DNA from: Camelus ferus
Lineage: Eukaryota
NCBI RefSeq assembly: GCF_009834535.1
Contig: NC_045696.1
Coordinates: 4,652,001 to 4,716,000, forward strand
Direction: 5' to 3'
Length of the DNA: 64,000 nt
The notes beneath the pieces were generated by a model. It was given only the letters and a program-made list of their open reading frames with translations. It was not told the origin of the DNA and searched no databases. A program made the translations under genes and the position numbers. This document shows positions 1 to 11,015 of the stretch, piece after piece. Numbering within the stretch: position 1 is the stretch's first letter; each line of letters starts with the position of its first letter.

Positions 1-1137
1 AGGGAGGCTCAGAGGAGGAGGCTGGGACCTTGCTCCAACACGTCCCAAAGGCCTGGTGGTGGGGGAAGCGCTGGGGATTCTTGACTATAGGGGAAGACAC
101 TGCACAGCAGAGAGGTCCCAGGGACCAAGGGACTTTTCCTGCCTGAACTGGCTCTGAGTTCCGGAAAGCCATCTGGATGCTATATGCACAGCAGATGGGC
201 TGTAAAAGGTTAATTTGTCTTTACTTGGTAAATACGCTGATAATTCCTGAAGCTCCTTGTTGAACTTGTTTAGATTTAGTCATTGTCATTGGCTGTCACT
301 CCACCTCTCCCTTCCCTGGATAGTGAATCTGGCTGGGAAGTTTGTCCCAGGAAGCACGCCGACTCTGCATGGACCACTTCCTTTAGTTCTGGTTCTCCTG
401 GTGGAGAAAAGCAATGAACTAAATCAGCCACAAAACAAGCCAGCGTAAGGATCCTAAGTAGTGATTTGGGGGTAGGATTAGAGGCGTGCAGGTGGTGGCT
501 GACTTGAGAAAGCTCGGAGCTAACGTCAGTCAGGAGAGGGTGCGGAAAGTGGTCCATGCAGGTGAGACCTGTCTACTGTGAGGATGTTGGGTACCACTGC
601 TCAGCTTCGTGGTTCAGAGCACCCCTAGGGGAGGCAGAGCAGTGAAGGGCTGCTATTATCAGGGGAGCCTTGGGGCTTGAAGCCAGGGCTCTTTGTAAAT
701 CTTGGCTAAGGTCAATGAGTATCTGTTGTCTGGTCATTCCTTTCTAATGAAACAAAAATTAACATGGTTGTATTCCTATAAAAAGAAATAAAAAGGTTTC
801 TTTTGGCACAGCTTACTAATTTTGCCCTTTATCTTGGTTGAGAGAATAAATGACTGGGTTACGTTCTTGTAGGGGTGAGAACACAGCCAAGGTCCGTCTG
901 GGTTTCCATGGGAGCAGTGTGGTGTCACTAGCCATTCTGACAGTGGCATTCATTAGCTTAGTGCACATTGGGTCATGCATTGATTTCTTCCTAGGGCAGG
1001 TTTGAGTTGGCCTGAATGTCGACTCAGGAATCAAGTTGTGCCTCTTTGTCATATGAGGTCATTAGCTCAATGATGTTAAGAATGTAAATGCATTCATGTA
1101 TTTTGAACAATCTTGGGAAGGAATACTCCAGTGGTCT

Positions 1138-1465
1138 TGTTATAGCTTGAATGCGTCCTTCATGTTGCGGGCCTAACCTCCAGTGAGGTGGTGTTTGGAG
1201 AGGGGGTGCCTTTGGGAGGTGATGAGGGTGAGATGTGATCACTAGGGTGGGGCCCCAGGGATGGGATTAGTGTCCTTATAAGAAGAGAACAGAGCTCTCT
1301 CCCCTTCATGTGAGGATGTGGTGAAAGGCGGCTATCTGCAGCCCAGAAGAAGGCTCTTACTACATCCCCCACCACACCGGCACCCACATCTCAGACTTCC
1401 CTCGTCCAGAACTGTCGGAAGAAAGCGTATGTTGTTTACGCCACTCTGTCTGTGGGCAGCAGCTG
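1138..1465 (+). mobile_element. MaLR solo LTR, MLT1A/MLT1A0-like
   Basis: Starts TGTTATAGCTTGAATG; carries the MLT1A-type blocks GGGATTAGTGTCCTTATAAGAAGAG, ATCTCAGACTTCC..TCCAGAACTGT and TGTTGTTTACGCCACTCTGTCTGTGG. Confidence 0.85.
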
Positions 1466-3838
1466 GGGTGCCATCTGGGACAGGACTGAAGGAAGGAATC
1501 CCATAATCCCCACCAGAGCAAGGAAAGTCTCATCACCTGTGATGATGCCGTGTCCCTGCTTCACCTCTGCCTGGGCTCCTTCCTGACCCCAGGGCACTCA
1601 CTGCGAGCTTGACCTTCACTCTTGGATTCCGGCACAGCAGATGCTCCAAGGCTTGTAACTGTGTGGGGAACAAATGTCTAAGGCCCGGGCACACACTGTG
1701 CATCCAAGGTCCTCCGTTAACATGCTGTCTTACCTAACTGAAATGAGCTAGGATAAACGAGAGTGGTGAGGTCTGAGAGCATTTTTAAAGCACCCTTATC
1801 CCTGCTCTTCCTCTAAGCAAAAATGAGAACCTTTTGAATATCAGATACAACTGTAGCCCAGTGAAAAGGTGTAGTTTGGGTGGGGACGTGCTTTGGGGGT
1901 GCTGCTGATGCCGAGCAGGTACCTGGGCCCCCGTCCTGCAGGAGCACAAGAGCACCAGCTTCACGTTGGAGCTTCACTGAATGGCCTATTATGAATTTCT
2001 TCCCCATCAGGGAGGCCAGCAACGAGAGAGCCCAGCATTCCGTGTCTGTTTCCTATGATAAAATTCTGAGAATCTTACGGAGGGTTTAGTTACATTAACA
2101 TCAAAGACACAGCCCAAGGGTAACCAGATTTGGAAAATAGAAAAAGCAAACATTTTACTGTTCCCCGAGAATCTGCCTCCCTCTTTAGCACTGGCTGGCC
2201 CAATTTTCTGTGACAATTTCCCATCTGAACACCTCTGCTGGTGATGACTCAAGGAGAATTTTATCTCTTAGGATCAATGAGTTCAAGTCCAAGGATGATT
2301 ATCTTTGTCCTGTATTTCAGGTAAAAGTGAACAATTTTTTGCCCACATTAAATATCAAAGTACATCAGCCCAGCACTTCACATGAAACATTTGTTGTGGT
2401 TTTTGGATGCCGCATTTGGGTCCGGTCATCATAGATAAGGTAGGACCTGTGCTTTAAGAAGCATCCCCCTCTCCAGGGCCCTGGGAGATGGCTTCTGCTC
2501 TTAGAGAGCTCCGGGGAGAGATTACTGCACTGTGTGGGGTGTGAGTGCTGTGGGCAAACGTTACAGGAACACAGACCTTGGAATGATTTTGCCTGAGGAG
2601 GTAGGGGATGTTTCACAAAAGATGTGAGCATTTAAGAAAGTCTGTGCATTTTAGGATGGGGAGAACAATTACATTATAGATATGAGGCAAGGTTTTCTTT
2701 AAGCACGTTTCAGCTAACAAACTAAAACCAGCGATGTGATCTTTTCTCTTCGGAGCACAGCTGTTGGGGGCAGAGAGGGTGATGCTGTGGTCGGTGGTGC
2801 AGGACCTGTGGCTCTGTTACCATCACACACAGCTCTGGGAGCCCATGCTCCCTCTTTCTCAGGCACTTGCATTTTACTTTTACTTCTAGTCATTGGGCAT
2901 TTTCAAGGCAATCTGCTACATAGCTACTCAGGTTGCCATGGTGATGAGACCCAGTTCTGCCCTCAATGTGCTTATGAGTAAAAGGAATGAGACCAACATC
3001 AAAATGATTAAGGAGCAGACCTGTAGCTTCACCTGAAAGCTTCATCTTTGATTTTTAAGGTACCACAGAATTCCACAATTAAAAAAGCATTTATTTAACA
3101 TTCACTGAAAAGAAATTTATAGGACCAAGTGGAAACTGTAAGAGAAATCACTCTCTCTCCATCCATTGACCTATTATTAATACTAGTTATTATTTATTAA
3201 TAATTAATTATTAATTATTCTTAGTACAGGAGGTATGCAGGAGACTGGAATTCAAAAAGTGGAGAGATATAATATTTTCACTGTGCTGTATTTTTGGGGA
3301 GTAGGACAACTGAAAAATATATTTCAGGTGAAAGTTTACTGGAAGAGGGGGTTCTGTTCTTTTTCTTTTTAAAAGCCATTAATGGATGATAATTTTGCCA
3401 TTTAAGTCTGTTGCTCCTAAATGAGTTTTTACGTGTTACTCTACAGCCATCTGAAAGTAATTAAAAACAGGATTGTTTACAGATCTGGAGGAAGTTCACA
3501 TGACAGTGAGAATAGAGGTCATTTTAGATGAGCAGCAGCTCAAGCCTGACATTCCAAAATGACCCACTAATGAGACCCTGGAAGACCCAGAGCAAACAGA
3601 AAGCCTACTAACAGCATTCATGAAGAAGACAAATTCCCATTCTCAAAATTAGAAACTGTGCATTGTAGATTATAGCCTGAAACAAAAGAAAATGATGTTT
3701 CTGACTTCTAAACTCATGAGACAGGGAGACAGACCCTTTAGCAATAGATGTGTTAACATTATATTTAAACAAAGAAAACAACCCCAAGAAAGTATTGAGC
3801 CTGGAAAGTAAGTAGCAGATTGAGCCTGGAGCATCTCT

Positions 3839-3861
3839 GGAGAGAGAGAGAGAGAGGGAGG

Positions 3862-3913
<52 letters not shown>
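3839..3913. repeat. Compound (GA)n-(GT)n microsatellite
   Basis: GA run followed by a ~50 bp perfect GT run, directly visible. Confidence 0.97.
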
Positions 3914-3917
<4 letters not shown>

Positions 3918-4249
3918 CACCCCATCTGCTCTGAAGCTGAAGCTGTTGGGTCATTAGGTCAGCCTAAAATGCCCCTTGATTTCCTACTCCAAGTATTACT
4001 CCGAGAATATGGCTTCTAATTGCAGCTCTGGCTCAGATTAGCTGGGTGACATAGGGAAATGCTTCCTTTTTTTTTTTTTTGCTGCAGTTTCCACATAGGA
4101 TAAAAGTTGGTTTCACTGGTTCTCCTCAAGATAAAATAGGAGGATACTAAAATCTCAAATTGAATATTCCACTTCTCAAGCCAACGGGTTTCCAAGTTAT
4201 TAATTTTTTCTTCTTATATTTAATCTCATAGAACTTTAATTTTATGCAT

Positions 4250-4662
4250 GTGTCAGGGGTTGGGTCATTCGCTAGGAAGACTCTCAGGACTCTGCATATA
4301 GTCTTCCTGTTATCACAGTGTGAAAGAACTCAGAGCAAAATCGGCAAAGGGAAAAGTCACATAGGGAGAAGTCTGGAGGAAACCAGGTGCAAGCTTCCAA
4401 GACTTCTTTCCCCATCAAGTCACAGGGGATGTGCTTAATTCCCCTGGCTAAAAGCAGTGACAACAGGTGGATACAAAATACAATCCACCAGGGAGCTCTT
4501 TAAAGACTTGGTGCCCAAAGTTTTTACTGGGGGAGCTGATCAGGTAGGCAAGTGCCTGGAATGTCCCCAGATTCCAGACTCCTAGAAGGAAAGCAGGTGT
4601 TGAGTCTAAACCCTACTAGTCATACAGTCTAGGCTCAGTGAACCACTCTTATCCATCAGGGA
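4250..4662 (-). mobile_element. ERVL LTR, MER68/MER21/MER77 group
   Basis: Blocks AGCAAAATCGGCAAAGGGAAAAG, GGAGGAAACCAGGTGCAAGCTTCCAAGA and ATTCCAGACTCCTAGAAGGAAAGCAGGTGTT match the reverse complement of the MER68-type LTR as recalled. Confidence 0.8.
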
Positions 4663-5524
4663 TGGATCCATCCTCATTATTCTCACTCATTTTTTTCCAC
4701 TCACTCAACCATCACTTTTGGAATATGCCCACCACCAAATGCTGGAGAAATCAAGTGAATAAGACAATCTGTACTTTGAGGATTTTGTTACCTAATAGAC
4801 ATATAGTCACAGGCTTTAGCTAGATCTCACCCCAAATTCTTTAATATCCCCAAACACATTGACCCAGATCCTTTCCTTGCTCCACGTGGATGTCAGTATC
4901 ATTTTATGTTCTGCTATTAGGGACCTCCTCCTCGATCTGTTCTCTACCTGTGATGTTTGGTTCTTTCTGAACATAAGGAACAGACAGTCAGCTGAGTTTA
5001 ATCAGATGTAATTTGGACCTAAGTGCATTTTTTGGTCTCTTGCTCATTTGTGAGATTTCATTTCAGGAAAGTTGAAGAGACTAGCTGGATCATTCATGAA
5101 ATATTATCAGGCAGTGATGACAATACTGCTTATATTATCTTCATCTTCAAGCTAAAACAGCTGCCCTCCTTCACTGCCCTGGCTGACTTTTTTGTCTCTA
5201 TTTCTGCACTGTCTCTTTCCTTGAGTTCACATCTTTTCTTCCCTGCTCAGAAATGTGAATTGACCCTCAAACTCAGTCCTCACTTCCTTCCCCTCTCAAT
5301 CTCCACTTTCTCTGTTGTTCTTGTCATTCCTTTCCCAGGCTCCATCCATCACTTCTACATAGATGACCCTGACTTTGGACCTTCCTTTTCTCCTGGGCTT
5401 GATTACTCCCCACTGCCTGCCCTCCACCCCCTGCCATTTCCAGCAGAGCGTAACTAACACAGACTCAGCATTTCCCGCACCATGAACGAATTTGCCCTCA
5501 TGTTACTTTTTTTTTTTCCAGATA

Positions 5525-5955
5525 GTGACTATTAGTTTCCAGAGTATCACAACCTAGGTGGCTTAAAACAACAGAAGTTTATTGTCACAGCCATGGGAGA
5601 CAGAAGTCTAAGATCAAGATGTCTGGAAGATTGTGCTCTCTCTGGAGGCTCTAGGGGAGAAATTATTCCACAGTCTGTCCCTGCCTCTGCTGCTTCCTGC
5701 AGCCTTGGTGCTCCTTAGCTTGTAGACACACCACTCCAATCTCTGTCTCTGTCATTACGTGTCTGTCTTCCTCTGTGTGTGACTCTGTGTCTCTTCTTAT
5801 AAGGACACCAGTCCCTTTGGATTAAGGACCCACCCTACCCCAATATGATCTCATCTTGACTAATTACATTTGCAATGACCCTATTTCCAAATAAGGTCAC
5901 CTTCTGAGGTTCTGGGAAGGAAGAAATTTTGGGAGAACACTGTTCAGCCCACTAC
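5525..5955 (-). mobile_element. MaLR solo LTR, MLT1C/MLT1B-like
   Basis: GGTGGCTTAAAACAACAGAAGTTTATT, CTTATAAGGACACCAGTC and TGCAATGACCCTATTTCCAAATAAGGTCAC are diagnostic antisense MLT1B/C blocks. Confidence 0.88.
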
Positions 5956-6334
5956 CTTAACAAGTACTTCCATTTCCTTTTGACTGTCTCTTTCACATAT
6001 TTTATATCTTTATACCTCCTGCTTGACACAGAATAGACAACTGATAAATGTGTATAAAGGAGACCCTTACAAAAATTATTTTAAAAGGAAGGAAACAAAA
6101 AGCAGAAAGCCTCAGCAGTGTGACGAGAAGTGTGAATCCCTGGCTGTTCCTGTGCGGCCCCAGCCCCGCCCCACAGGGTCAGAATGCCATCTGGCAGCCA
6201 CCCCATCAGCTGCCTCTCCTTCAGCTGTGTGTGTCACACTGGGCTGGAGGCCAGGATGGAGACAGAATCAAGATGGTCCAGGGCCAAGACATTAGGGGCT
6301 GTAGGCAAACTGCTTGACTTGCATTTTCAGATCA

Positions 6335-6652
6335 TGCTGTGGACTGGATCGTGCCGCCCACCCCCAGATTCATAAGGCCTGACACCCAGTGTGGCTATAT
6401 TTGAGATGGGGGTCTTTAGATGGTGATTAACATTAGATGAGGTCATAAGGGTTGGGCCCGAATCCAACGGGACTGTGTAAGAGGAAGAGAGACGTATGAG
6501 TACCCAGCAAGGAGGAGAGATTTCACCAGAACCCAACTGTGCTGAGACCCTAATCTCAGACCTTCAGCCTCCAGAGCTGTGAGAAATAAATGTCTGCTGT
6601 TTAAGGCCCCCAGTCTGTGGTATTTTGTTATGGCAGCCCAAGATGAATAACG
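6335..6652 (+). mobile_element. MaLR solo LTR, MLT1A-like
   Basis: Starts TGCTGTGGACTG; ends with CAGCCTCCAGAGCTGTGAGAAATAAATGTCTGCTGTTTAAG..CAGTCTGTGGTATTTTGTTATGGCAGCCC. Confidence 0.88.
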
Positions 6653-6914
6653 TGGATAATATGCATATAAACTCACTTTCTGAATCTAATTCTGCAATTT
6701 CTGAAGCCCACGTTACAGTGCTTCCCTACTCAACGTTCTGGGCTGTGTAATACCACAGAAGGTGATATGAAGCAGTGCGATGACACAGTGAGCACTCTTG
6801 TTTTTGAGAAATGATTCTATTTTCAGATATAGTGGATTATCTGGCTTCTCAGAGTCCTGTGTTTCCCTTCTCTAAAGTAAAGGGTGTTATTTATCAGTGG
6901 AAGAATGAATAATA

Positions 6915-7385
6915 TAGCGGCTCCCCCATCCATGGGGGATACACTCCAAGATACATTCCAGTGGGTGCCCGAGACTGCAGAGGGCAGCAGACCCTACATA
7001 TACTATGCTTTCTCCTGTATACACATACCTATGTTAACATTTAATAATAAATTAGGCCCAATAAGAGAATATCTGAAGTGCCAGCGTCACTACTCTTGCA
7101 TTTTGGGGCCACTGTTAAGTAAAATAAGGGTTACTAGAACCAAGAGGGCTGCTAAGTGACTGACTGGTGGGTAGCTCATTCTCTGTGGATACTCTGGACA
7201 AAGGGATGATTCATATCCCACGCAGGATGGAGCGGGATGGCGTAAAACTTCATCACGCTACTGAGAATGGTGCACAATTTAAAAGTTACAGTTTTTTTTT
7301 CTGAAATTTTAATATTTTTGAGCCGCAGTTGACAGTAGGTATTGAAACCTTAGAAAGTAGAACTGTGGATAAGAAGGGACTACTG
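6915..7385 (-). mobile_element. Tigger7-derived non-autonomous DNA transposon, MER44-like
   Basis: Right terminal inverted repeat GGATAAGAAGGGACTACTG followed by TA; degenerate left TIR; internal GGACAAAGGGATGATTCA and TTCATCACGCTACTGAGAATGG blocks. Confidence 0.85.
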
Positions 7386-8039
7386 TAAATTTCCCAAATG
7401 ATTAGTGGTCTGAAAACTTACATGCAATAAAATTCTTTTTTCCCTGAATACCCCAAATCCCAAAGTCAGTTCCAAGGTCACCGTAGTTATATTGGATAAA
7501 CAGTCACTTAGTACTGGAACGTCTATAACTGAACCATATTTGGAAAATTGCATTGAGAATTGCTGTGTCCACACGCAGGGACATAATGAGAAGACTACAG
7601 ACTGTTTCAGTCTGTGTAGTTTCTGGAACATTGGGATGATGATAGTATTGACTGTTCAGAGTTGGGCTGTATGAAGACTGAAAACCAGCACACATGGCTA
7701 TGCAGGAGAGCCTCGTTGAGATATTCTTTTCAGAAAAGCTGATAAGCAAATACAGTAAATAAACCAAAACAGACTTTTAAAAATTTCCCAGGTGGGTCAT
7801 ATGTTCAGGCTTCTGCCAGACTTCTATTTTGGCATGTCTACATGAGGGCTTGAGTTTGAATTCAGGGAGGCCGGGCTTTGGGTTCCAGTTTCACAGCTGT
7901 GAGAACTTCAACAACTGATTGCCTCTCTTTGGAACTGGGTACAGTGTTTAAAGATTAGAAATTTCGGGACAGGTGCTCCATGAATTCTACATATTTAGCC
8001 AGGTCTTGATCTCTAGCTGTGAGAGGCTGGAGTCTGAAG

Positions 8040-8215
8040 CCAGGGTGTAGGTCCGTGTTCCAGACCCACCACAGACCAATGGGCTAATCACGTAATTTTT
8101 CTATGCCTCAGTGTCCTCAGTCATGAAATGGGAACGATAGTAAAACGTTGTAGCATTTCAATGAGTTGATGTGTGTAAAGTGCTTAGAACAGCGTTTGCC
8201 ATAAATATTGGTGTC
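8040..8215 (+). mobile_element. MIR SINE fragment
   Basis: GCCTCAGTGTCCTCAGTCATGAAATGGG core and TGTGTAAAGTGCTTAGAACAG 3' block. Confidence 0.75.
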
Positions 8216-8669
8216 GTCGTTGTGATATTATTATCTTCCACCAATCTGACGTGTTCCTACTCCAGAAACTGGGTAGTCAAGACTCCTTGCTCCAAAACAA
8301 AGGAGTTGCTTGTGTGAAGGGAGTAAAAGCAGAAATAATTCTATTTAAGAAGAGCTGTTAAAATTCAAGGTAGGCTGAAAAAGTCATGGATAAATGATCT
8401 AAAATCTTACAAATTCAGTGGAAGAGCATTAGAATGCTACTGAACTAATAGTAATTTTAACAAAATAAACAACTCTTTATTAAATGTTTACTTTTTTGGA
8501 ACAGAAATTGGATGATGTAAAATGACCGAAAAACTGCAATGAAATGATCTTATTTTTTGCCTTAACCATCACAGATAAATCAGAATATATGCTTGCAGGG
8601 AGGGTTTGGACCTAAATTTAAACACTTGCAACACATTTGGGTTATTAAATAGCTGACAATGTGTGTCAG

Positions 8670-8780
8670 ATTGTGTCTGACAACCTCACAACAATCCCAT
8701 GGGTGGTTATTCTCATCAGCCCACTTTACTGATGAAGAAACTGAGGCACAGAGAATTTCAGTAACTTGCACAAGATCCTA
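8670..8780 (-). mobile_element. MIR SINE fragment
   Basis: CCCACTTTACTGATGAAGAAACTGAGGCACAGAGA..GTAACTTGCACAAG, antisense MIR core. Confidence 0.82.
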
Positions 8781-9857
8781 CCTTGCAATTCCCCCCTCTA
8801 AAAGACAGAGATTTGTGTTTTTAAAAACTTCCTTTCAGTTTCCTGCAGTACATAAATTCATGAGTCAACGAAAATTTGTCAACTGACTGACACACAACCT
8901 ATAACACCCTTAACTTGAGAGTAGGAACTTGTTTAAGCAAATAAAATATTTTCAAATATGATATGATCCAAACTAGGCTTAACTTTCTGGACATTTGATC
9001 TGCTGAAAGCACTTTATTGTGGTTTGAGGACAAGTTTAAGGACTTTAAATCTCTCGAAACAATACTGCACAACAACAACAAAAAAACCCAAAATAGATGA
9101 AACTGTCTAGGATGCAAATAATTTTCTTCATTTCAATTTTATTTAAAATTGGCCCTTCCCATTGACTTCAAGTGTAATATTATGATGCCTAGTACCTAAT
9201 AAGGCTTAATAAATATTTGTTGACTGAATGCTGAATGAGTATCTTTTCCATCAAAATGGTGGTGCTATTTCCTTTCAAATTATTGTTAATGCTTTATTTA
9301 GAGCTTTTACTTTTCTATTTTTTTCCTACTACTGCAAAGTACAGTTTCACATCAACCTCTCCTTCCAATGCGAAGAGCGTATAGGTGGGCAAATCAGAGG
9401 CAAATGTGCTCTACCAATTTATGATGCTGCATCTAAACTTTGTAGATTTCTCTGTGGAAGAGCTTCGGACTATCTTCCTGAACTGGAAGGTGGAGCCATG
9501 GGAAGGTCACATGGTTAGCATCAGGGGGCTCCCAGATGTGAACCTGAATGAGGATGGGAATGTGGTCTGGACCGTCCTATCTGTGTCACAGGATTAGATT
9601 TTGCATCAGAAGATCATTTCTTATAGGAAGAAAGAGACATCTGGGCAATGAGTTGGCAAAGTGGGGACTCAAACCTGGGATTTTGTGTGGTTGTTTTTGC
9701 ACAAGTAATTTTTAATTCCTTCATTGCTGTCATGTAAGCATTTAATATATGCAGAAGGCATTGTTTTTAAAGTTGCCACTTTAAATTATGTGAGCCATTT
9801 TAAAAGGGCACAGGTGAGCTAGAGGCACACAGAAATAACTTATTTAAAGTCAGTAGG

Positions 9858-10784
9858 AAACAAGCAGTTCTCCAAGGAAGAAATACAAATGATCAATAGG
9901 CGCATGAAAAAATGCTCAATATCACTAATTATCAGAGAAATGCAAATCAAAACTACAATGAGGTATCACCTCACACCAGCCAGAATGGCCATCATTCGAA
10001 AGTCCACAAATGACAAATGCTGGAGAGGCTGTGGAGAAAAGGGAGCCCTCCTACACTATTGGTGGGAATGCAGTTTGGTGCAGCCACTGTGGAAGACAGT
10101 ATGGAGATTCCTCAAAAGACTAGGAATAGACTTACCATATGACCCAGGAATCCCGCTCCTGGGCTTATATCCAGAAGGAACCCTACTTCAGGATGACACC
10201 TGCACCCCAATGTTCATAGCAGCACTATTTACAATAGCCAAGACATGGAGACAGCCTAAATGTCCATCGACAGATGACTGGATAAAGAAAATGTGGTATA
10301 TTTATACAATAGAATACTATTCAGCCATAAGAAAGACAACATAATGCCATTTGCAGCAGCATGGATGTTCCTGGAGAATGTCATTCTAAGTGAAGTAAGC
10401 CAGAAAGAGAAAGAAAAATACCATATGAGATCGCTTATATGTGGAATCTTAAAAAAAAAAAAAAAGAACATAAATACAAAACAGAAACAGACTCATAGAC
10501 ACAGAATACAAACTTGTGGTTGCCAAGGGGTCGGGGGGTGGGAAGGGACAGACTGGTATTTCAAAATTTGTAGATACTGGCAGGCATATGCAGAATAGAT
10601 ACACAAGATTATACTGTATAGCATAGGGAAATACATACAAGATTTTGTGGTAGCTCACAGTGAAAAAAAATGTGACAATGAATATACATATGTTCATGTT
10701 TAACTGAAAAATTGTGCTCTATACTGGAATTTGACACAACAATGTAAAATGACTATAACTCAATAAAAAATATAAAAAAAAATG
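9858..10784 (+). mobile_element. 5'-truncated young lineage-specific LINE-1 (ORF2 C-terminus, 3'UTR, A-tail)
   Basis: ORF2p C-terminal homology, G-rich 3'UTR, AATAAA plus A-tail; TSD AAGTCAGTAGG at 9847-9857 and 10785-10795; TTT/AAA endonuclease site at the 5' junction. Confidence 0.97.
9889..10449 (+). pseudogene. LINE-1 ORF2p C-terminal fragment (zinc knuckle and C-terminal domain), frameshifted near 10335
   Basis: Translation [67 protein letters not shown] continues in another frame as [36 protein letters not shown]. Confidence 0.95.
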
Positions 10785-10865
10785 AAGTCAGTAGGTTTAC
10801 CATATTGAACGAATGGCAAAGGCTAACGAAGTGCCTTTAATAATTGATTTAAAAGAAGTTCATTG

Positions 10866-11015
10866 AGCACAGGAAACTATAACTATTTTCAGTATCCTGT
10901 AGTAACCTATAATGAAAAAGGATATGAAAAGGAATATACATATGTATATGTATGATTGAAACATTATGATCTATACCAGAAATTGACACAACATTGTAAA
11001 CTGACTAAGCTATAA
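10866..11015 (+). mobile_element. LINE-1 extreme 3' end fragment (artiodactyl type)
   Basis: AGCACAGGAAACTAT..GTAGTAACCTATAATGAAAAAGGATATGAAAAGGAATA..CCAGAAATTGACACAACATTGTAAACTGACTA; near-identical to 37076-37210 in this window. Confidence 0.9.

Noticed and set aside
3196..3215. 20 bp perfect AT-only palindrome ATTAATAATTAATTATTAAT
   Set aside because: Lies in a low-complexity TTA/TAA tract where such palindromes arise readily
9385..9597. Protein-like ORF (DFSVEELRTIFLNWKVEPW..) with AG/GT sites
   Set aside because: No family recognised and weak splice sites; not distinguishable from chance without a homology search
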